A stretch of DNA of 63,989 nt, filler included, from Myxococcota bacterium (lineage in GTDB: Bacteria; Myxococcota; Myxococcia; Myxococcales; Myxococcaceae), in the NCBI GenBank assembly GCA_049322255.1. It is 3 parts of 3 records of this genome, joined end to end, with 100 filler letters (N's around TTAATTAATTAA, not from the genome) between each part and the next. Parts side by side here need not be neighbours in the genome. Positions count along the whole stretch, not along the records: positions 47,880 to 63,989 come from JBMORE010000095.1; 2 more parts are not named here. One strand, given 5' to 3'. The translations under genes and the position numbers were made by a program. The notes beneath the pieces were generated by a model. It had not been told where the DNA came from, ran no database searches, and saw nothing but the letters and a program-made list of their open reading frames with translations. Below, piece after piece: positions 47,880 through 59,894 of the stretch; the stretch's first letter is position 1, and the number at the start of each line of letters is the position of its first letter.

Positions 47880-48421
47880 CTCTGGTAGTGCAACAGGCTG
47901 AAGACATCGTGCCCGTCGAGCCGCTTTCTCCCGGAGAGAAAGTCGAGCTCGACCACGAAGCCCAGGCCGGCGATTTCGGCGCCCAGTGACTTGGCCAGCT
48001 CGATGGCGGCACGGGCGGTGCCTCCGGTGGCCAAAAGGTCGTCGACGATAATCACCCGCTGCCCACGCCGCACCGCGTCCTTGTGGATCTCCAGCGAGTC
48101 GCTGCCGTACTCGAGCTGGTAGCTCACCTTCGCCGTCTCGGCGGGCAGCTTTTTGGGCTTGCGCACGGGGACGAAGCCGGCGTTGAGGCGGTAGGCGAGC
48201 GCGGGGCCGAAGATGAACCCGCGCGCCTCGATGCCTAAGACGAGATCGACCTTCTTCTCGAGGTAGTGCTCGGCCAGCGCGTCGATCAGCGTGGCGAACC
48301 CCTTGGGGTCCTTGAGCAGGGTGGTGATGTCGTAGAAGAGAATCCCCTTCTTGGGGAAGTCGGGGACCTCGCGGATGAGCCTTTTGAGCGGCTCGCAGTC
48401 GATGGCGGTCTTGGGTTGCAC
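47880..48421 (-). CDS. apt: Adenine phosphoribosyltransferase (stop lost at contig edge)
   Basis: [43 protein letters not shown]. Confidence 0.96.
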
Positions 48422-48464
48422 GGGGCTGGGTCTATGCGAAAACGGGGCGTTTCCAAAGTGAGAG

Positions 48465-49355
48465 GTGACGAACGTGGGCAAGACCCTGGTGGGCATCATC
48501 GGCGGCTCGGGCATGGGGCAGGCGCTCGGCGGGTTGGGGACGGGAGAAAAGATCGAAGTCGACACGCCCTTCGGGCCGCCCTCGGCACCCATCGTGCGCA
48601 CCGAGGTGTCGGGGGTGGAAGTGGCGCTCTTGGCGCGGCACGGCGAGGGCCACCGCTTCAACCCCTCCACCGTGCCCTACCGGGCGAACCTCTTCGCGCT
48701 CAAGAAGCTGGGGGTGACCCACGTGCTCGCCAGCGCGGCGGTGGGCTCCTTGCGCGAGGAGATCGTCCCCGGGCACTTGGTCATCACCGATCAGGTGATC
48801 GATAAAACTTTCCGCCGTGCGAGCACCTTCTTCGACGACTTCGCCGCCCACGTGGAATTCGCCTCGCCGTTCTGTCCCACGCTGCGCGCCCTTCTCATCG
48901 CCGCGGGCAGGGGTGGCAGTACGCCGGTGCATGAGAAGGGCACCTACGTGTGCATGGAGGGCCCGCAGTTCTCCACCCGCGCCGAGAGCGAGCTCCACCG
49001 CTCGTGGGGCGCGCACCTCATCGGAATGACGGTGATGCCGGAGGCCAAGCTCGCCCGCGAGGCCGAGCTTTGCTACGCGCTGGTGTCACTCCCCACCGAC
49101 TACGACTGCTGGCGGCCGCACCCCGACGGGCTATCGCAGCAGAAGCTGCTCGAGGAGATCATCGGCAACCTCCAGAAAGCCACCGCGGCGGGCATCGAGC
49201 TCTTCCGGCGCGCGCTGCCGCAGATCGCCCATGCGGCGCAAAAGCCCTGCGCCTGTCAGAGCGCGCTGTCCTTGGGCATCTGGTCGGACCGGGAGAAGAT
49301 TTCCCCCGAGGTGAAGAAGAAGCTCGGGGTGCTGGTCAACAAGTACCTTCCCTAA
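48465..49355 (+). CDS. mtnP: S-methyl-5'-thioadenosine phosphorylase
   Basis: [49 protein letters not shown]. Confidence 0.95.
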   Translation: MTNVGKTLVGIIGGSGMGQALGGLGTGEKIEVDTPFGPPSAPIVRTEVSGVEVALLARHGEGHRFNPSTVPYRANLFALKKLGVTHVLASAAVGSLREEIVPGHLVITDQVIDKTFRRASTFFDDFAAHVEFASPFCPTLRALLIAAGRGGSTPVHEKGTYVCMEGPQFSTRAESELHRSWGAHLIGMTVMPEAKLAREAELCYALVSLPTDYDCWRPHPDGLSQQKLLEEIIGNLQKATAAGIELFRRALPQIAHAAQKPCACQSALSLGIWSDREKISPEVKKKLGVLVNKYLP

Positions 49356-50419
49356 TCCAGCCCGCGCTCCCAGAGGTCCTCTTCATCGAGCCCGATGAGG
49401 TGCCCCACCTCGTGCATCACGGTGATGCCGATCTGCTCGATCAGCTCGTCGCGAGAGCGGGCAAAGCGCTCGAGGTTTCGTTGGTAGAGCACGATCGCCG
49501 CGGGGAAATGGTCGTACGCCGAGGAGACGCTGCGCTCGCCCACCGGGGTACCCCGGAAGATGCCGAGGATGGAGGGGGAGAGAGGCGGCTTTTGCGACGT
49601 CAAGTCTTCGCGCGAGGGGAACGGTTCCACCGCGAGGGTGGTGTTCTCGAGGTATTTCTTCACGTGCTGGGGCAGGCGGGCCACCGCGTCCTCGAGGGCG
49701 CGGTCGAACTCCTCGTCGGACAGGCGCACCGGCGGCACGAACTCCTGCGGAGAAAGCTCCTGTGCACGCAAGAAGCGCTTCTTCGCCTCACGCGCCTCGC
49801 CGCTCCGTTCGGCCAGAAGGCCCAGGTAGTGGTGCGCCCACGCCTCTTCCGGAGCCTGGTCGGCCACCCGAAGCAGCGCCTCGCGGGAGGCGTCGAAGCA
49901 GCACAGCTCGAAGAGGGTGATGCCTCGCTCCAAGTGGGCCTCCACCGAGTCAGGCTGCAGCGCAAGGGCGGCGTCGAGGTGCTCGAGGGCCTTTTCGCAC
50001 TCGCCCAGCTGGTTGTGCCCCACGCCCAAGAGGAGCAAGAGCTCGAGCTCCAGCTCACCGTCGCCTTCTTTGGCTGCCAGCTTGCGCCCCCTCTCGCACA
50101 GGGCCAGGCCCTCTTCGACCAGACAGAGGTCCTCTCCGGGGTGGGAGAGGAACAGGTCGGCCGCTCCCAAGAGGATGTCGGGATCGTCGGGAGCGGCCAT
50201 CAGCGCGCGGCGGTAGGTGCGCTCGGCCGCCTGGAGATCGCCCGACTCGAGCTGGGCGGCGGCGAGGAAGTGCAGCGCCTCGGGGTGCTCGGGAGCCTTG
50301 TGCAACGCCTTGCGCGCCAGGGCGATGACGTCGGCAAGCCGGGCCTCTTCGAAGGCGGCGGCCGCCTTGTCGAGCAGACCCGCCACCTCCTCGCCGCTGC
50401 CTCGCAAAAGCCGCGCCAT
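49352..50419 (-). CDS. TPR-repeat protein with C-terminal zincin-like metallopeptidase (Zincin_1) domain
   Basis: Multiple TPRs; ILGIFRG...IVLYQRNLE...ITVMHEVGHLIGLDEEDL. Confidence 0.88.
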   Translation of the reverse strand: MARLLRGSGEEVAGLLDKAAAAFEEARLADVIALARKALHKAPEHPEALHFLAAAQLESGDLQAAERTYRRALMAAPDDPDILLGAADLFLSHPGEDLCLVEEGLALCERGRKLAAKEGDGELELELLLLLGVGHNQLGECEKALEHLDAALALQPDSVEAHLERGITLFELCCFDASREALLRVADQAPEEAWAHHYLGLLAERSGEAREAKKRFLRAQELSPQEFVPPVRLSDEEFDRALEDAVARLPQHVKKYLENTTLAVEPFPSREDLTSQKPPLSPSILGIFRGTPVGERSVSSAYDHFPAAIVLYQRNLERFARSRDELIEQIGITVMHEVGHLIGLDEEDLWERGLD

Positions 50420-50490
50420 GGTGAGCCTCATAAGGAGCCGCTGCGGCGCCTGTCAACGCGAGCGCGCCTTTGTGTTACACCCAAAGCGCC

Positions 50491-50865
50491 GTGACGCGTG
50501 GGCCGGTCAAAATCCTCTTCGTCGACGACGATCTCGACCTGTGCACCTTGATCGCACGCTATTTGGGAAAGCACGGCTACACCGTGCTCACCGCCCCCGA
50601 CGCGCTGCACGCCCAAGAGGTTCTCGAGCGGGAGGACGTTCGGCTGCTCATCACCGACTTGATGATGCCCCACCTCGACGGCATTCAGTTCGTCGAAAAG
50701 GTGCACCAGATGCCCAAGTACAAAGACTTACCCGTCATTCTCATCACCGCGTACCCCTCGGACGAAATCATCGACAAGGGCATGCGCAAGGGCGTCGCCT
50801 TGACCCTGCCCAAGCCGCTCGATTTGAACAAGCTGCTCGACCTGGTCGGTTTCGCTACCCACTGA
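50491..50865 (+). CDS. Single-domain response regulator
   Basis: FVDDD, ITDLMMPHLDG, ITAY, LPKP. Confidence 0.92.
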   Translation: MTRGPVKILFVDDDLDLCTLIARYLGKHGYTVLTAPDALHAQEVLEREDVRLLITDLMMPHLDGIQFVEKVHQMPKYKDLPVILITAYPSDEIIDKGMRKGVALTLPKPLDLNKLLDLVGFATH

Positions 50866-52623
<1,758 letters not shown>

Positions 52624-52628
52624 CCCTC

Positions 52629-52661
52629 CTCTCTCCCCGTGGGAGAGGGTAAGGGTGAGGG
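52629..52661 (-). repeat. REP-like palindromic repeat between convergent genes
   Basis: CTCTCTCCCCGTGGGAGAGGGTAAGGGTGAGGG. Confidence 0.75.
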
Positions 52662-52671
52662 ACCCAATTCA

Positions 52672-53736
52672 TTACGGCACCCTCCCCACGTACCCCAGCG
52701 GGCTCGAATCGGACGAGGTGAAGAACAACACCCCGTCGACGAAAAGCAGGTCCCCGGGGCCGACCCCCTGGGGACCTACCGGCTCGGATGTGCCCGGGCT
52801 GGAGCAGGTCTGCACCCGCTGGAAGAACCGGTCGCTGGTGCCCGTGCCGGCGGTCGAGTCCTTGAAGTAGATGAATTCTCCCACCACCACCGGGTGCGTC
52901 GGCTCGAGAAGCTCGCTCGCGTGTACCACCGGCGTGCCACCTGTACGGTCGGCCGAGCACACCCGCCCCGCGCCGCCGCCGCGCTCGGTCCACACGAAAC
53001 GAGTGGGCGTCAGGTGGAGGCCTCGCCCGTCGGCCGACGGCTCGAAAAGAACGCGCGTGGCCGGTGCCGAGCCGTCGAGGAGGACCTCGTAGATTCCGTT
53101 GGCGCTTCCGCCGGCGAGGAGGAAGAAGACCTTGTTCCCCTCGATCACCGGGCTTCGCACCAGCGCACCCGCCTCTGCAGCGAAGAGCTCCACGGGGCTG
53201 GTGCCGTCCTTTTCCAGGCGCAAAAGGTACTGAAAGCCCGCCGCGACGACGAGCGCTTCCCCTGCCACCATGAGGGTGGTGCCGCCGAAGCGACTGTTGC
53301 TCAACACCGATGCGAGGAAGACCTTGGATCCGCCGCTCTTGGGCGCGCGCCACACCCCATCGGCGTCGAGCACGTAAACGTCGGTCGCATCCACCGCCAG
53401 CGCATCGGGAGCGGTGAGGCCGTCGGTGACTGGTTCGACGAGCCCGCCCAAAAGGAGCACGCGAACGACGCGCCCGCTGGGTTGGGTGGGAAGGCCGGCG
53501 AGGGTGAAGTAGAGGTGAACGCCGTCGGTGGCCAAGCGTCGCGGAGTGTCCAGGCCTGTGCCGACCACCGAGCCTGGACCCATCGGGCCGGTGGTGCACG
53601 GGGCGCTTGCTCCGGCACCGGCTTCGCCGCCGTCGGTGCGCCCGGAATCTGCGCTCCCCTCGAGCGCGGTCCCCCAAGGGCTGCAAGTACAGGCGAGGGT
53701 GAAGGCACAAAAAAAGCCGGGGAGGGCGCGGCTCAC
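52672..53736 (-). CDS. Exported beta-propeller (DUF5050-like) protein, probable SinM counterpart
   Basis: GTG overlaps the kinase stop; signal/lipobox-like N-terminus; LATDGVHLYF, LAVDATDVYV, GVWRAPKSGG blades. Confidence 0.7.
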   Translation of the reverse strand: MSRALPGFFCAFTLACTCSPWGTALEGSADSGRTDGGEAGAGASAPCTTGPMGPGSVVGTGLDTPRRLATDGVHLYFTLAGLPTQPSGRVVRVLLLGGLVEPVTDGLTAPDALAVDATDVYVLDADGVWRAPKSGGSKVFLASVLSNSRFGGTTLMVAGEALVVAAGFQYLLRLEKDGTSPVELFAAEAGALVRSPVIEGNKVFFLLAGGSANGIYEVLLDGSAPATRVLFEPSADGRGLHLTPTRFVWTERGGGAGRVCSADRTGGTPVVHASELLEPTHPVVVGEFIYFKDSTAGTGTSDRFFQRVQTCSSPGTSEPVGPQGVGPGDLLFVDGVLFFTSSDSSPLGYVGRVP

Positions 53737-55238
53737 GGCGACAGCTTCAAGGCGCGCGACAGCTCGCGGCTGAGTGCTTTGACGTCGGTCAAGAGCTTGG
53801 GCAAGCACGCCGTCGCCCCGCCTCGCAGGGAGGCGAGCGCGCTGTCCATGGTGAGGTGCTCGGCCAGCACCACGAAGGGGCTGCCGCGCGCGGCGGCCTT
53901 GGCCAGCTCGATCGCCTTCGGCCCGTGGGCGGGGCCGAAATCCCAGCTCACCACCACCGCCGCCGGAGGCTCCCCGTAGGGGGTGGGGGTCGTGAGCAGG
54001 TGCGGCTCTAGGCCCAACAAGGTGAGCGCCTCGCTGATCTGCCGGGCGGACGCCGGGTTGTCCTCATAGACATCGATGCGCTTGGTGGTGGCGGTACGGG
54101 GCGAAGGCGCGGCAGCGCTGAGCGCGGCGCGCAGCGTCTCCCGCACCGTGCGGATGTCGTCGAACGGCTTGAGCAGGTAGTCGAGCACCCCCAGCTCGAT
54201 CGCCTGCTGCGCGGTGACCAGGGAAGGGTAGCCGGTCATCAAGATGACCTTGGAGTCGGGGTTGAGCCTGCGCGCCTCCTGTGCCAGGTCGAGGCCCGAC
54301 AACCCGGGGAGGTTCTTGTCGGTGACCATGAGGTCGAAGGCGCCCCCGCGCAGCGCCGAAAGCGCCTCCTCGGCGGTCTCCGCCTCGATGACCTCGCACT
54401 CGCGGCCCATCAAGTCTTTGAACACCATGCGAATGATGACTTCGTCGTCCACCACCAAGATGCGCTTCTTCTGCTCGGCGGCGGCGCCTTCGACGGCGGC
54501 GAAGAGCACGCGAAACACCGTCGCGGGCGGGGGGGTCTCGGAAAGCACGGTGGGCGGGGCGAGCGAAATGTGCGCGTGGTGCTCGGCGGCGATGCGCTTG
54601 CACACCGCCAACCCCAGGCCGTTGCCCTTGGGCCGCGAGCTGACGTACGGCTCGAAGATGCGTTCGCGAATCTCCGGGGGCACGCCCGGGCCCCAGTCGG
54701 CGACGTAGAGCACCGGCCGGGGCCCCTCGCGCTCGAGCACCACCTTGATGCGCCCCAGCCCGCGCATCGCGTCGCGCGCGTTGTTGAGCAGGTTGAGCAC
54801 CAATTGCTCGAGCAGCCGCCCGTTGCCCACCAGCTCGGCGTCGGAGGCGACGTCTACTTCGAGCTGCACCCGGGCCGACTCGGCGGAGAGCTGGAACAGG
54901 CGCACCGCCTCTTGCACGTGGTGGCCCAGCTCGAGCCGCTCCTTCGCCGCCGGGCGATCGGCGGCCAGGCGGGTGAAGTCGGAGAGGATTTGCTCCATGC
55001 GTTCGATTTGACCGAGCAAGAGGTTCGCCGGAGATCCCTGCTTGCCTTCTTCCTGAATCATCTGGGCGTACGCCTTCACCCCCAAGAGCGGCTGGCGCAG
55101 CTCGTGGAAGACCTCGGCGGCCAGCTGGAGCGACGCGGCGTAGTCTTTGCGCAGCTCGCTGACCGTGGCGCGCGCGCTCGTCAGGTCGCCCTGTTCGAGG
55201 GTCTTGTGCAACCTTTCCAGGAGGGAGGGAAGCTCCAT
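53733..55238 (-). CDS. sinK: Hybrid histidine kinase/response regulator (HK-REC-pseudoREC), SinK-like
   Basis: VFHELRQPL, NLLNNARDA, DWGPG, GNGLGL; REC VVDDE...DKNLPG...KPF; degenerate second REC; lies between groEL2 and encC. Confidence 0.8.
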   Translation of the reverse strand: MELPSLLERLHKTLEQGDLTSARATVSELRKDYAASLQLAAEVFHELRQPLLGVKAYAQMIQEEGKQGSPANLLLGQIERMEQILSDFTRLAADRPAAKERLELGHHVQEAVRLFQLSAESARVQLEVDVASDAELVGNGRLLEQLVLNLLNNARDAMRGLGRIKVVLEREGPRPVLYVADWGPGVPPEIRERIFEPYVSSRPKGNGLGLAVCKRIAAEHHAHISLAPPTVLSETPPPATVFRVLFAAVEGAAAEQKKRILVVDDEVIIRMVFKDLMGRECEVIEAETAEEALSALRGGAFDLMVTDKNLPGLSGLDLAQEARRLNPDSKVILMTGYPSLVTAQQAIELGVLDYLLKPFDDIRTVRETLRAALSAAAPSPRTATTKRIDVYEDNPASARQISEALTLLGLEPHLLTTPTPYGEPPAAVVVSWDFGPAHGPKAIELAKAAARGSPFVVLAEHLTMDSALASLRGGATACLPKLLTDVKALSRELSRALKLSP

Positions 55239-55335
55239 GGGCGTGGAGCATGACCGTACCCGACTGTCGGACGCAATGAGCTACCGGTGGTCTGTAGTTG
55301 ACCTGCACGACTCCACCTACCTTAAAAGCACAGGT

Positions 55336-55719
55336 ATGCCTCAGACCCCGCCCTTCCACGCGCTGCACCCGGGCCGCCCGCTCACCGACGCCGAGCTTGT
55401 GCGCGCCATTCGCCTCGACATGGAGGCCGAGTTGGACGCCATCAACCTCTACGAGGCGCACCTTCAGGCCACCTCGCACCCCGAGGCGCAGGCCATCCTC
55501 CGCCACGTGATGGACGAGGAGAAGGAGCACCAGGCGCTCTTCCACGAGCTTCTTCAACGGCTCGACCCCGCGCAGCGCGCGCACGGCGGCGAAGCGTCGC
55601 GCAAGTACCAGCTCATCGTTTCCGGCGCTTCGCACCAAGAGGTGGAGTCGGTGGGAAAGCCAGACGGTAGCGGCGAAGCGTCCGCTGGGCTCACCGTGGG
55701 AGCGCTCCGAGCGCGCTGA
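55336..55719 (+). CDS. encC: Encapsulin cargo ferritin-like protein EncC
   Basis: EAELDAINLY...HVMDEEKEH ferroxidase motifs; C-terminal targeting peptide LTVGALR. Confidence 0.9.
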   Translation: MPQTPPFHALHPGRPLTDAELVRAIRLDMEAELDAINLYEAHLQATSHPEAQAILRHVMDEEKEHQALFHELLQRLDPAQRAHGGEASRKYQLIVSGASHQEVESVGKPDGSGEASAGLTVGALRAR

Positions 55720-55752
55720 CGCCCTCGCCGGCTTCGGCTATGGTGGCGCGCC

Positions 55753-56229
55753 ATGAAAAACAAGCTTCTCGCCGTGGGTATTTTTGGGGCGTCGGCGGCC
55801 CTGCTGGCGTGCGGCACCGTCGGGGGTCCTCCTGATGCGGGCGCCGATCCTCTCTTCGTGTGCGAAGGCACCCCCGCCACGGTGACCGCGACGCAGCTGG
55901 TCACGGAGGTCATCACTCCCGCGTGCAAAACGGGTTGTCACGAGCCCAACGGAACGGTCGATCTCGACCTCTCCGACGCGGGTCTGCTCGTGGCCAATAC
56001 GGTGAACAAGCCCTCGCCCTATGGCGGCGCCAACGGAACCTTGAAGATCGTCGAGCCGAACAACCCGGCCAACAGCACCTTTTGGCTGAAAATCCTCGGT
56101 GGGGCGAACGCAGGCCGTCGGGGGCCCAAGGGCGAGTCGGTGGGGGGCCCGATGCCCGGGGCAGGCCCGGCGCTCGACGACGCTCAGAAGCAGAAGGTGA
56201 AAGACTGGATCTGCACCGGGGCGCAGTAG
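55753..56229 (+). CDS. Lipoprotein with c-type cytochrome-like domain
   Basis: Lipobox LLAC; CKTGCH (CxxxCH); VEPNNPANS...MP...VKDWICTGA. Confidence 0.75.
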   Translation: MKNKLLAVGIFGASAALLACGTVGGPPDAGADPLFVCEGTPATVTATQLVTEVITPACKTGCHEPNGTVDLDLSDAGLLVANTVNKPSPYGGANGTLKIVEPNNPANSTFWLKILGGANAGRRGPKGESVGGPMPGAGPALDDAQKQKVKDWICTGAQ

Positions 56230-56232
56230 GGG

Positions 56233-57660
56233 TCAGCCGGTCTTTTCCTGTGCTCGGTCCTCGGTGGCTTGCGCGTGACGCTGCGGAGGGGTGGGGTCGA
56301 GCCCTTTGGCCGCCATGTAGATGACGTTGCGCGTGCCCTTCTTGCCCCGGTACATCGCGCGGTCGGCGAAGTCGAGCAGCGTCTGCACGTCCTGCGCGTG
56401 CTCGGGAAAGCTCGCCACCCCGATGCAGGTGGTGATGGACAAGCCGAACCCTTCGCGCGCGAGAAAGTGGTGGGTCTCGATGGTGCGGCGAATGCGCTCG
56501 CCGACCTTGAGCGCCCCGCCCGAGTCGGTGGCCCGCAAGAGCACCACGTACTCGTCGCCTCCGTAGCGGCACACCACGTCGTTGTCCCGCACGCAGCCCT
56601 TGACGATCTTCGCCACCTCGACGAGGAGCCTACTGCCCACCAAGTGACCGTGGGTGTCGTTCACGCTCTTGAAGTAGTCGAGGTCGAGAAAGAGAAGCGA
56701 GAAGACCCGGGAGGGTGACTGACGCGCCACTTTGGCCTCGTCATCGAGCACCAGCTCGAGGTAGCGGGTGTTGTACAGGTGGGTGAGATCGTCGAGGTAG
56801 GCGAGGTCCTCCACCTCGGAGAAGCGGCCGAGGTTGCGTAAGGCGAGCCCCAGGTGCTTGGCGAGGTACTTCGCCGCCGCCACGCTGACTTCGGGCACCT
56901 CGGCGGTGAACAAGAGCACCACCGCGCCCAAGGTGGTGTCTCCCTCCGTAGCCAAAGCGACGAAGCCCGCCTCGAAGGGCGCGGGCAGCCCTGAAAGCTG
57001 CTCTTTCGTGCCGCTGGCCGCCTCGGCTGCCGGCAGAGACAACAGCTGGCGCACCTTCGGCTCCACCTGCTCGCCGATCGCCTTCTCTTCCTCTTCGGTC
57101 AGCCCCTGCGAGCCCTCGAGCCGAGGCTCCCCCGAAGCCTGCCGCACGTAGAGAAGCACCGCGTCGGCGTGCGCGGCCTGGCTGAAGGAGCCGCTGGCGG
57201 TGCTCACCAGCCGCTCGCGATCCAGCGTGGTGGCGATGCGCTGCCCGGTCTCGAGCAGCGCCACGTGGGTGCGAAGGTCTTCGTTCTCGCGCAAGAGCTT
57301 CTGGGTGGTGAGCGCGCGCGTCACCGCGTGGGCGAGCGCCTCGGGAGCGACCGGCTTGACCAGGTACTCGGAGGCGCCGCTCTTGATCGCGCGCACCGCG
57401 GGGTCGACCTTGTCCAGCGCGGTGATGACCACCACTTCCACTCCCGGATAAAGGTCTTTGGTGTGCTGCAAGACCTCCATCCCGTCACCCTGCGGCAAGA
57501 TGAGGTCGGTCACCACCACGTCGAAGCGGGCGCCGGAAAGGGACGCTTTGGCCTCGTCGAAGTTGCCCACGGTGGTCACCTGGTGCCCGGCGCCCAACAA
57601 GAAGTCTCCGTAGAGCGCTCGCGCGACCTTCTCGTCGTCCACGAGGAGGATTCTCGCCAT
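56233..57660 (-). CDS. Response regulator-GAF-like-GGDEF diguanylate cyclase
   Basis: REC LVDDE..TDLILP; DDLTHLYN, DLDYFKSVNDTHGH, RDND I-site, RYGGDEY. Confidence 0.93.
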   Translation of the reverse strand: MARILLVDDEKVARALYGDFLLGAGHQVTTVGNFDEAKASLSGARFDVVVTDLILPQGDGMEVLQHTKDLYPGVEVVVITALDKVDPAVRAIKSGASEYLVKPVAPEALAHAVTRALTTQKLLRENEDLRTHVALLETGQRIATTLDRERLVSTASGSFSQAAHADAVLLYVRQASGEPRLEGSQGLTEEEEKAIGEQVEPKVRQLLSLPAAEAASGTKEQLSGLPAPFEAGFVALATEGDTTLGAVVLLFTAEVPEVSVAAAKYLAKHLGLALRNLGRFSEVEDLAYLDDLTHLYNTRYLELVLDDEAKVARQSPSRVFSLLFLDLDYFKSVNDTHGHLVGSRLLVEVAKIVKGCVRDNDVVCRYGGDEYVVLLRATDSGGALKVGERIRRTIETHHFLAREGFGLSITTCIGVASFPEHAQDVQTLLDFADRAMYRGKKGTRNVIYMAAKGLDPTPPQRHAQATEDRAQEKTG

Positions 57661-57712
57661 GGCGCGCGCACTTAGCAGGAACGTGCGCGCCCTGCTAGCG
57701 TCGAGGGCCTGC

Positions 57713-58522
57713 ATGCCTTTCGAAAGCGGCCGGCGGCTGTGCTTGCTGTTCACCGCCGGGCGAGTGCGCTACGCCATCGAGGCCACGTCGGTGGTCGAGG
57801 TGGCTCCGCCCGACGCCGACGGAGACAGCATTCGCGGCTTCCTCGAGCTCGAGGACTTGAGCCAGCTGCTCGGCGGGCCGGCCGAGCAGCGTCCTGGCAT
57901 GGCGGTGGTGCTCGATGTCAGCCCCACGCTCGCCTTGCGGGTCAGGACGGTGGAGGGAGTGCACGACTTGGCGCGCGCCCCGGTTTTTCGGCTGCCCCAG
58001 GGGCTGGCAGAGTCTTTGGCGCTGGTCGCGCGCGGCGGGGTGCTCCACGACGGTCGCCTGTTTCTCGAGCTGGTGGCCGAGGCGCTGCCTCACCGCGTGG
58101 TGCCCCTCGCGCCCATTCCCCCTCGCCCGGTCTATTTGTTGGAAGAGGTTCCCGACCGCGCGCTCGTCTTCGAGTCGCAGGGGCGCATCTGGGGTATTCC
58201 GCTGCCCTTGGTGTCCCAGGTGGTGGCCGCCTCCGACGCATTCTGCCCGCTGCCGCTTTCGGGCGGGCCGGTCGCCGGGCTGTTTCCCCACGTGGAGGGG
58301 CTGTGGCCCATCTACTCGGCTCCCGGGCTCCTCGGTGGTGAGGGTGCCCGCGAAGAGCTCTTCATCCTCGCCGAGCTCGCCGGTCAGCAGGCCGGGTTGA
58401 CCGCCTCCCGTGTCTTGGGGGTGCACCAAGACTTCGAGCTTTCGGGTACACCCGGAGAGCTCATCGCCGCCCGGCTGGGGGTACCGGCGCTCTTTCTAGA
58501 CCTGCAACGCATGTTTTCTTGA
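57713..58522 (+). CDS. Tandem CheW-like domain protein
   Basis: LLFTAGRVRYAIEATSVVEV and LVFESQGRIWGIPLPLVSQVV...PVAGLF CheW-like starts. Confidence 0.78.
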   Translation: MPFESGRRLCLLFTAGRVRYAIEATSVVEVAPPDADGDSIRGFLELEDLSQLLGGPAEQRPGMAVVLDVSPTLALRVRTVEGVHDLARAPVFRLPQGLAESLALVARGGVLHDGRLFLELVAEALPHRVVPLAPIPPRPVYLLEEVPDRALVFESQGRIWGIPLPLVSQVVAASDAFCPLPLSGGPVAGLFPHVEGLWPIYSAPGLLGGEGAREELFILAELAGQQAGLTASRVLGVHQDFELSGTPGELIAARLGVPALFLDLQRMFS

Positions 58523-58565
58523 TAGAGAGAAGCTTTCTTAGGGGTTTTGCCCGCGGGGCCGCTAA

Positions 58566-59894
58566 ATGCCGAAGAGTGTTTTGGTCGCCGACGACTCGCT
58601 CACCATTCGCAAGGTGATCGGGATGATTTTCTCCACCGAGGATTTCCAGCTCACCACGGTGGACAACGGTCTCGATGCCATTGCCAAGACGCGTGAGCTA
58701 CGGCCGGACTTGGTCATGGCCGACGTGATGATGCCGGGCAAGAGCGGCTACGAGGTGTGCGAGGCGCTCAAGAGCGACCCCAGCACCCAGTCGATTCCGG
58801 TGCTGCTGCTCGCCGGCACTTTCGAGGCGTTCGACGAAAACCGAGCGCGCGCCGCCGGAGCCGACGCCCACATCAACAAGCCCTTCGAGAGCCAGGCGCT
58901 CCTCGACAAGGTGAAGTCGATGGTGGGGGTGCCGCTCGGGCCCCCGGTACACACGGGCTTCACCACCGTGGGCGCCGCGGCGTCCGCTCCTTCGCCGGCG
59001 GCGCAGGTGGCGGCACAGCCGGCCGCGCCCAGGCCGGGAGTCCCCATGGGTACTCAGCCAGGCATTCCCCGCGCTCCGCAGCCGATGCCAGGCCAGCCGA
59101 TGGCGCGCCCGGGGATGCCTGGGCCGGGAATGCCGGGTCAGCCGATGGGGCGGCCGGGAATGCCGGGGCCGATGACGCCGGGTCAACCGATGGCACGGCC
59201 GGGGATGCCGGGTCAGCCGATGGCGCGCCCGGGGATGCCTGGGCCGGGAATGCCGGGTCAGCCGATGGCGCGACCGGGAATGCCTGGGCCAGGAATGCCG
59301 GGGCCGATGATGTCGGGTCAGCCGATGGCACGGCCGGGAATGCCCGGGCCGATGATGCCGGGTCAGCCGATGGCGCGCCCGGGGATGCCTGGGCCGGGAA
59401 TGCCGGGTCAGCCGATGGCGCGACCGGGAGTGCCTGGGCCAGGAATGCCGGGGCCGATGATGCCGGGTCAGCCGATGGCGCGCCCAGGAATGCCTGGCGC
59501 GGCGATGCCCGGCCCCCAAGGTTTTGGTCGTCCCCCGGGGGCGGGACCGATGCCGGGAGCTCCGGGGGGGCCGCCGCGGGGAAGGGACCCGTTCGGGTTG
59601 GGAGCACCAGCGACGCCGATGCCGCCGCAGCCGAGGGGGCCCGTCTCTCCGGTGGTCGTCGACGACTCGATGCCTGAGCGGCGGCATGCAGAAGAAATCT
59701 CCCTCGACGTGGGCGCGCAGTCCAAGGTACCCGCGCGCGCCGACGGCGGCGAAGCGCAACTTCGGGAGGCGCTCTCCAAGGCGTCGCGCGAGGTCATCGA
59801 GAAGATCGCCTGGGAGGTCGTCCCTCAACTCGCCGAAACCATCATCCGCGAGAACCTCGAGCGGCTGATGAAAGATCGCGACACCGAGCACTGA
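58566..59894 (+). CDS. romR: Polarity response regulator RomR
   Basis: [15 protein letters not shown]; Pro-rich linker; C-terminal [38 protein letters not shown]; upstream of valS. Confidence 0.9.
   Translation: MPKSVLVADDSLTIRKVIGMIFSTEDFQLTTVDNGLDAIAKTRELRPDLVMADVMMPGKSGYEVCEALKSDPSTQSIPVLLLAGTFEAFDENRARAAGADAHINKPFESQALLDKVKSMVGVPLGPPVHTGFTTVGAAASAPSPAAQVAAQPAAPRPGVPMGTQPGIPRAPQPMPGQPMARPGMPGPGMPGQPMGRPGMPGPMTPGQPMARPGMPGQPMARPGMPGPGMPGQPMARPGMPGPGMPGPMMSGQPMARPGMPGPMMPGQPMARPGMPGPGMPGQPMARPGVPGPGMPGPMMPGQPMARPGMPGAAMPGPQGFGRPPGAGPMPGAPGGPPRGRDPFGLGAPATPMPPQPRGPVSPVVVDDSMPERRHAEEISLDVGAQSKVPARADGGEAQLREALSKASREVIEKIAWEVVPQLAETIIRENLERLMKDRDTEH
59085..59515 (+). repeat. Coding tandem repeat in the RomR linker ([12 protein letters not shown][G/M]MP units)
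   Basis: Nine GQPM(A/G)RPG units; DNA unit GGTCAGCCGATGGCGCGCCCGGGGATGCC... Confidence 0.9.

Noticed and set aside
59085..59515. Possible CRISPR array
   Set aside because: The repeats are contiguous, in frame within romR, have no unique spacers, and no cas genes are present.
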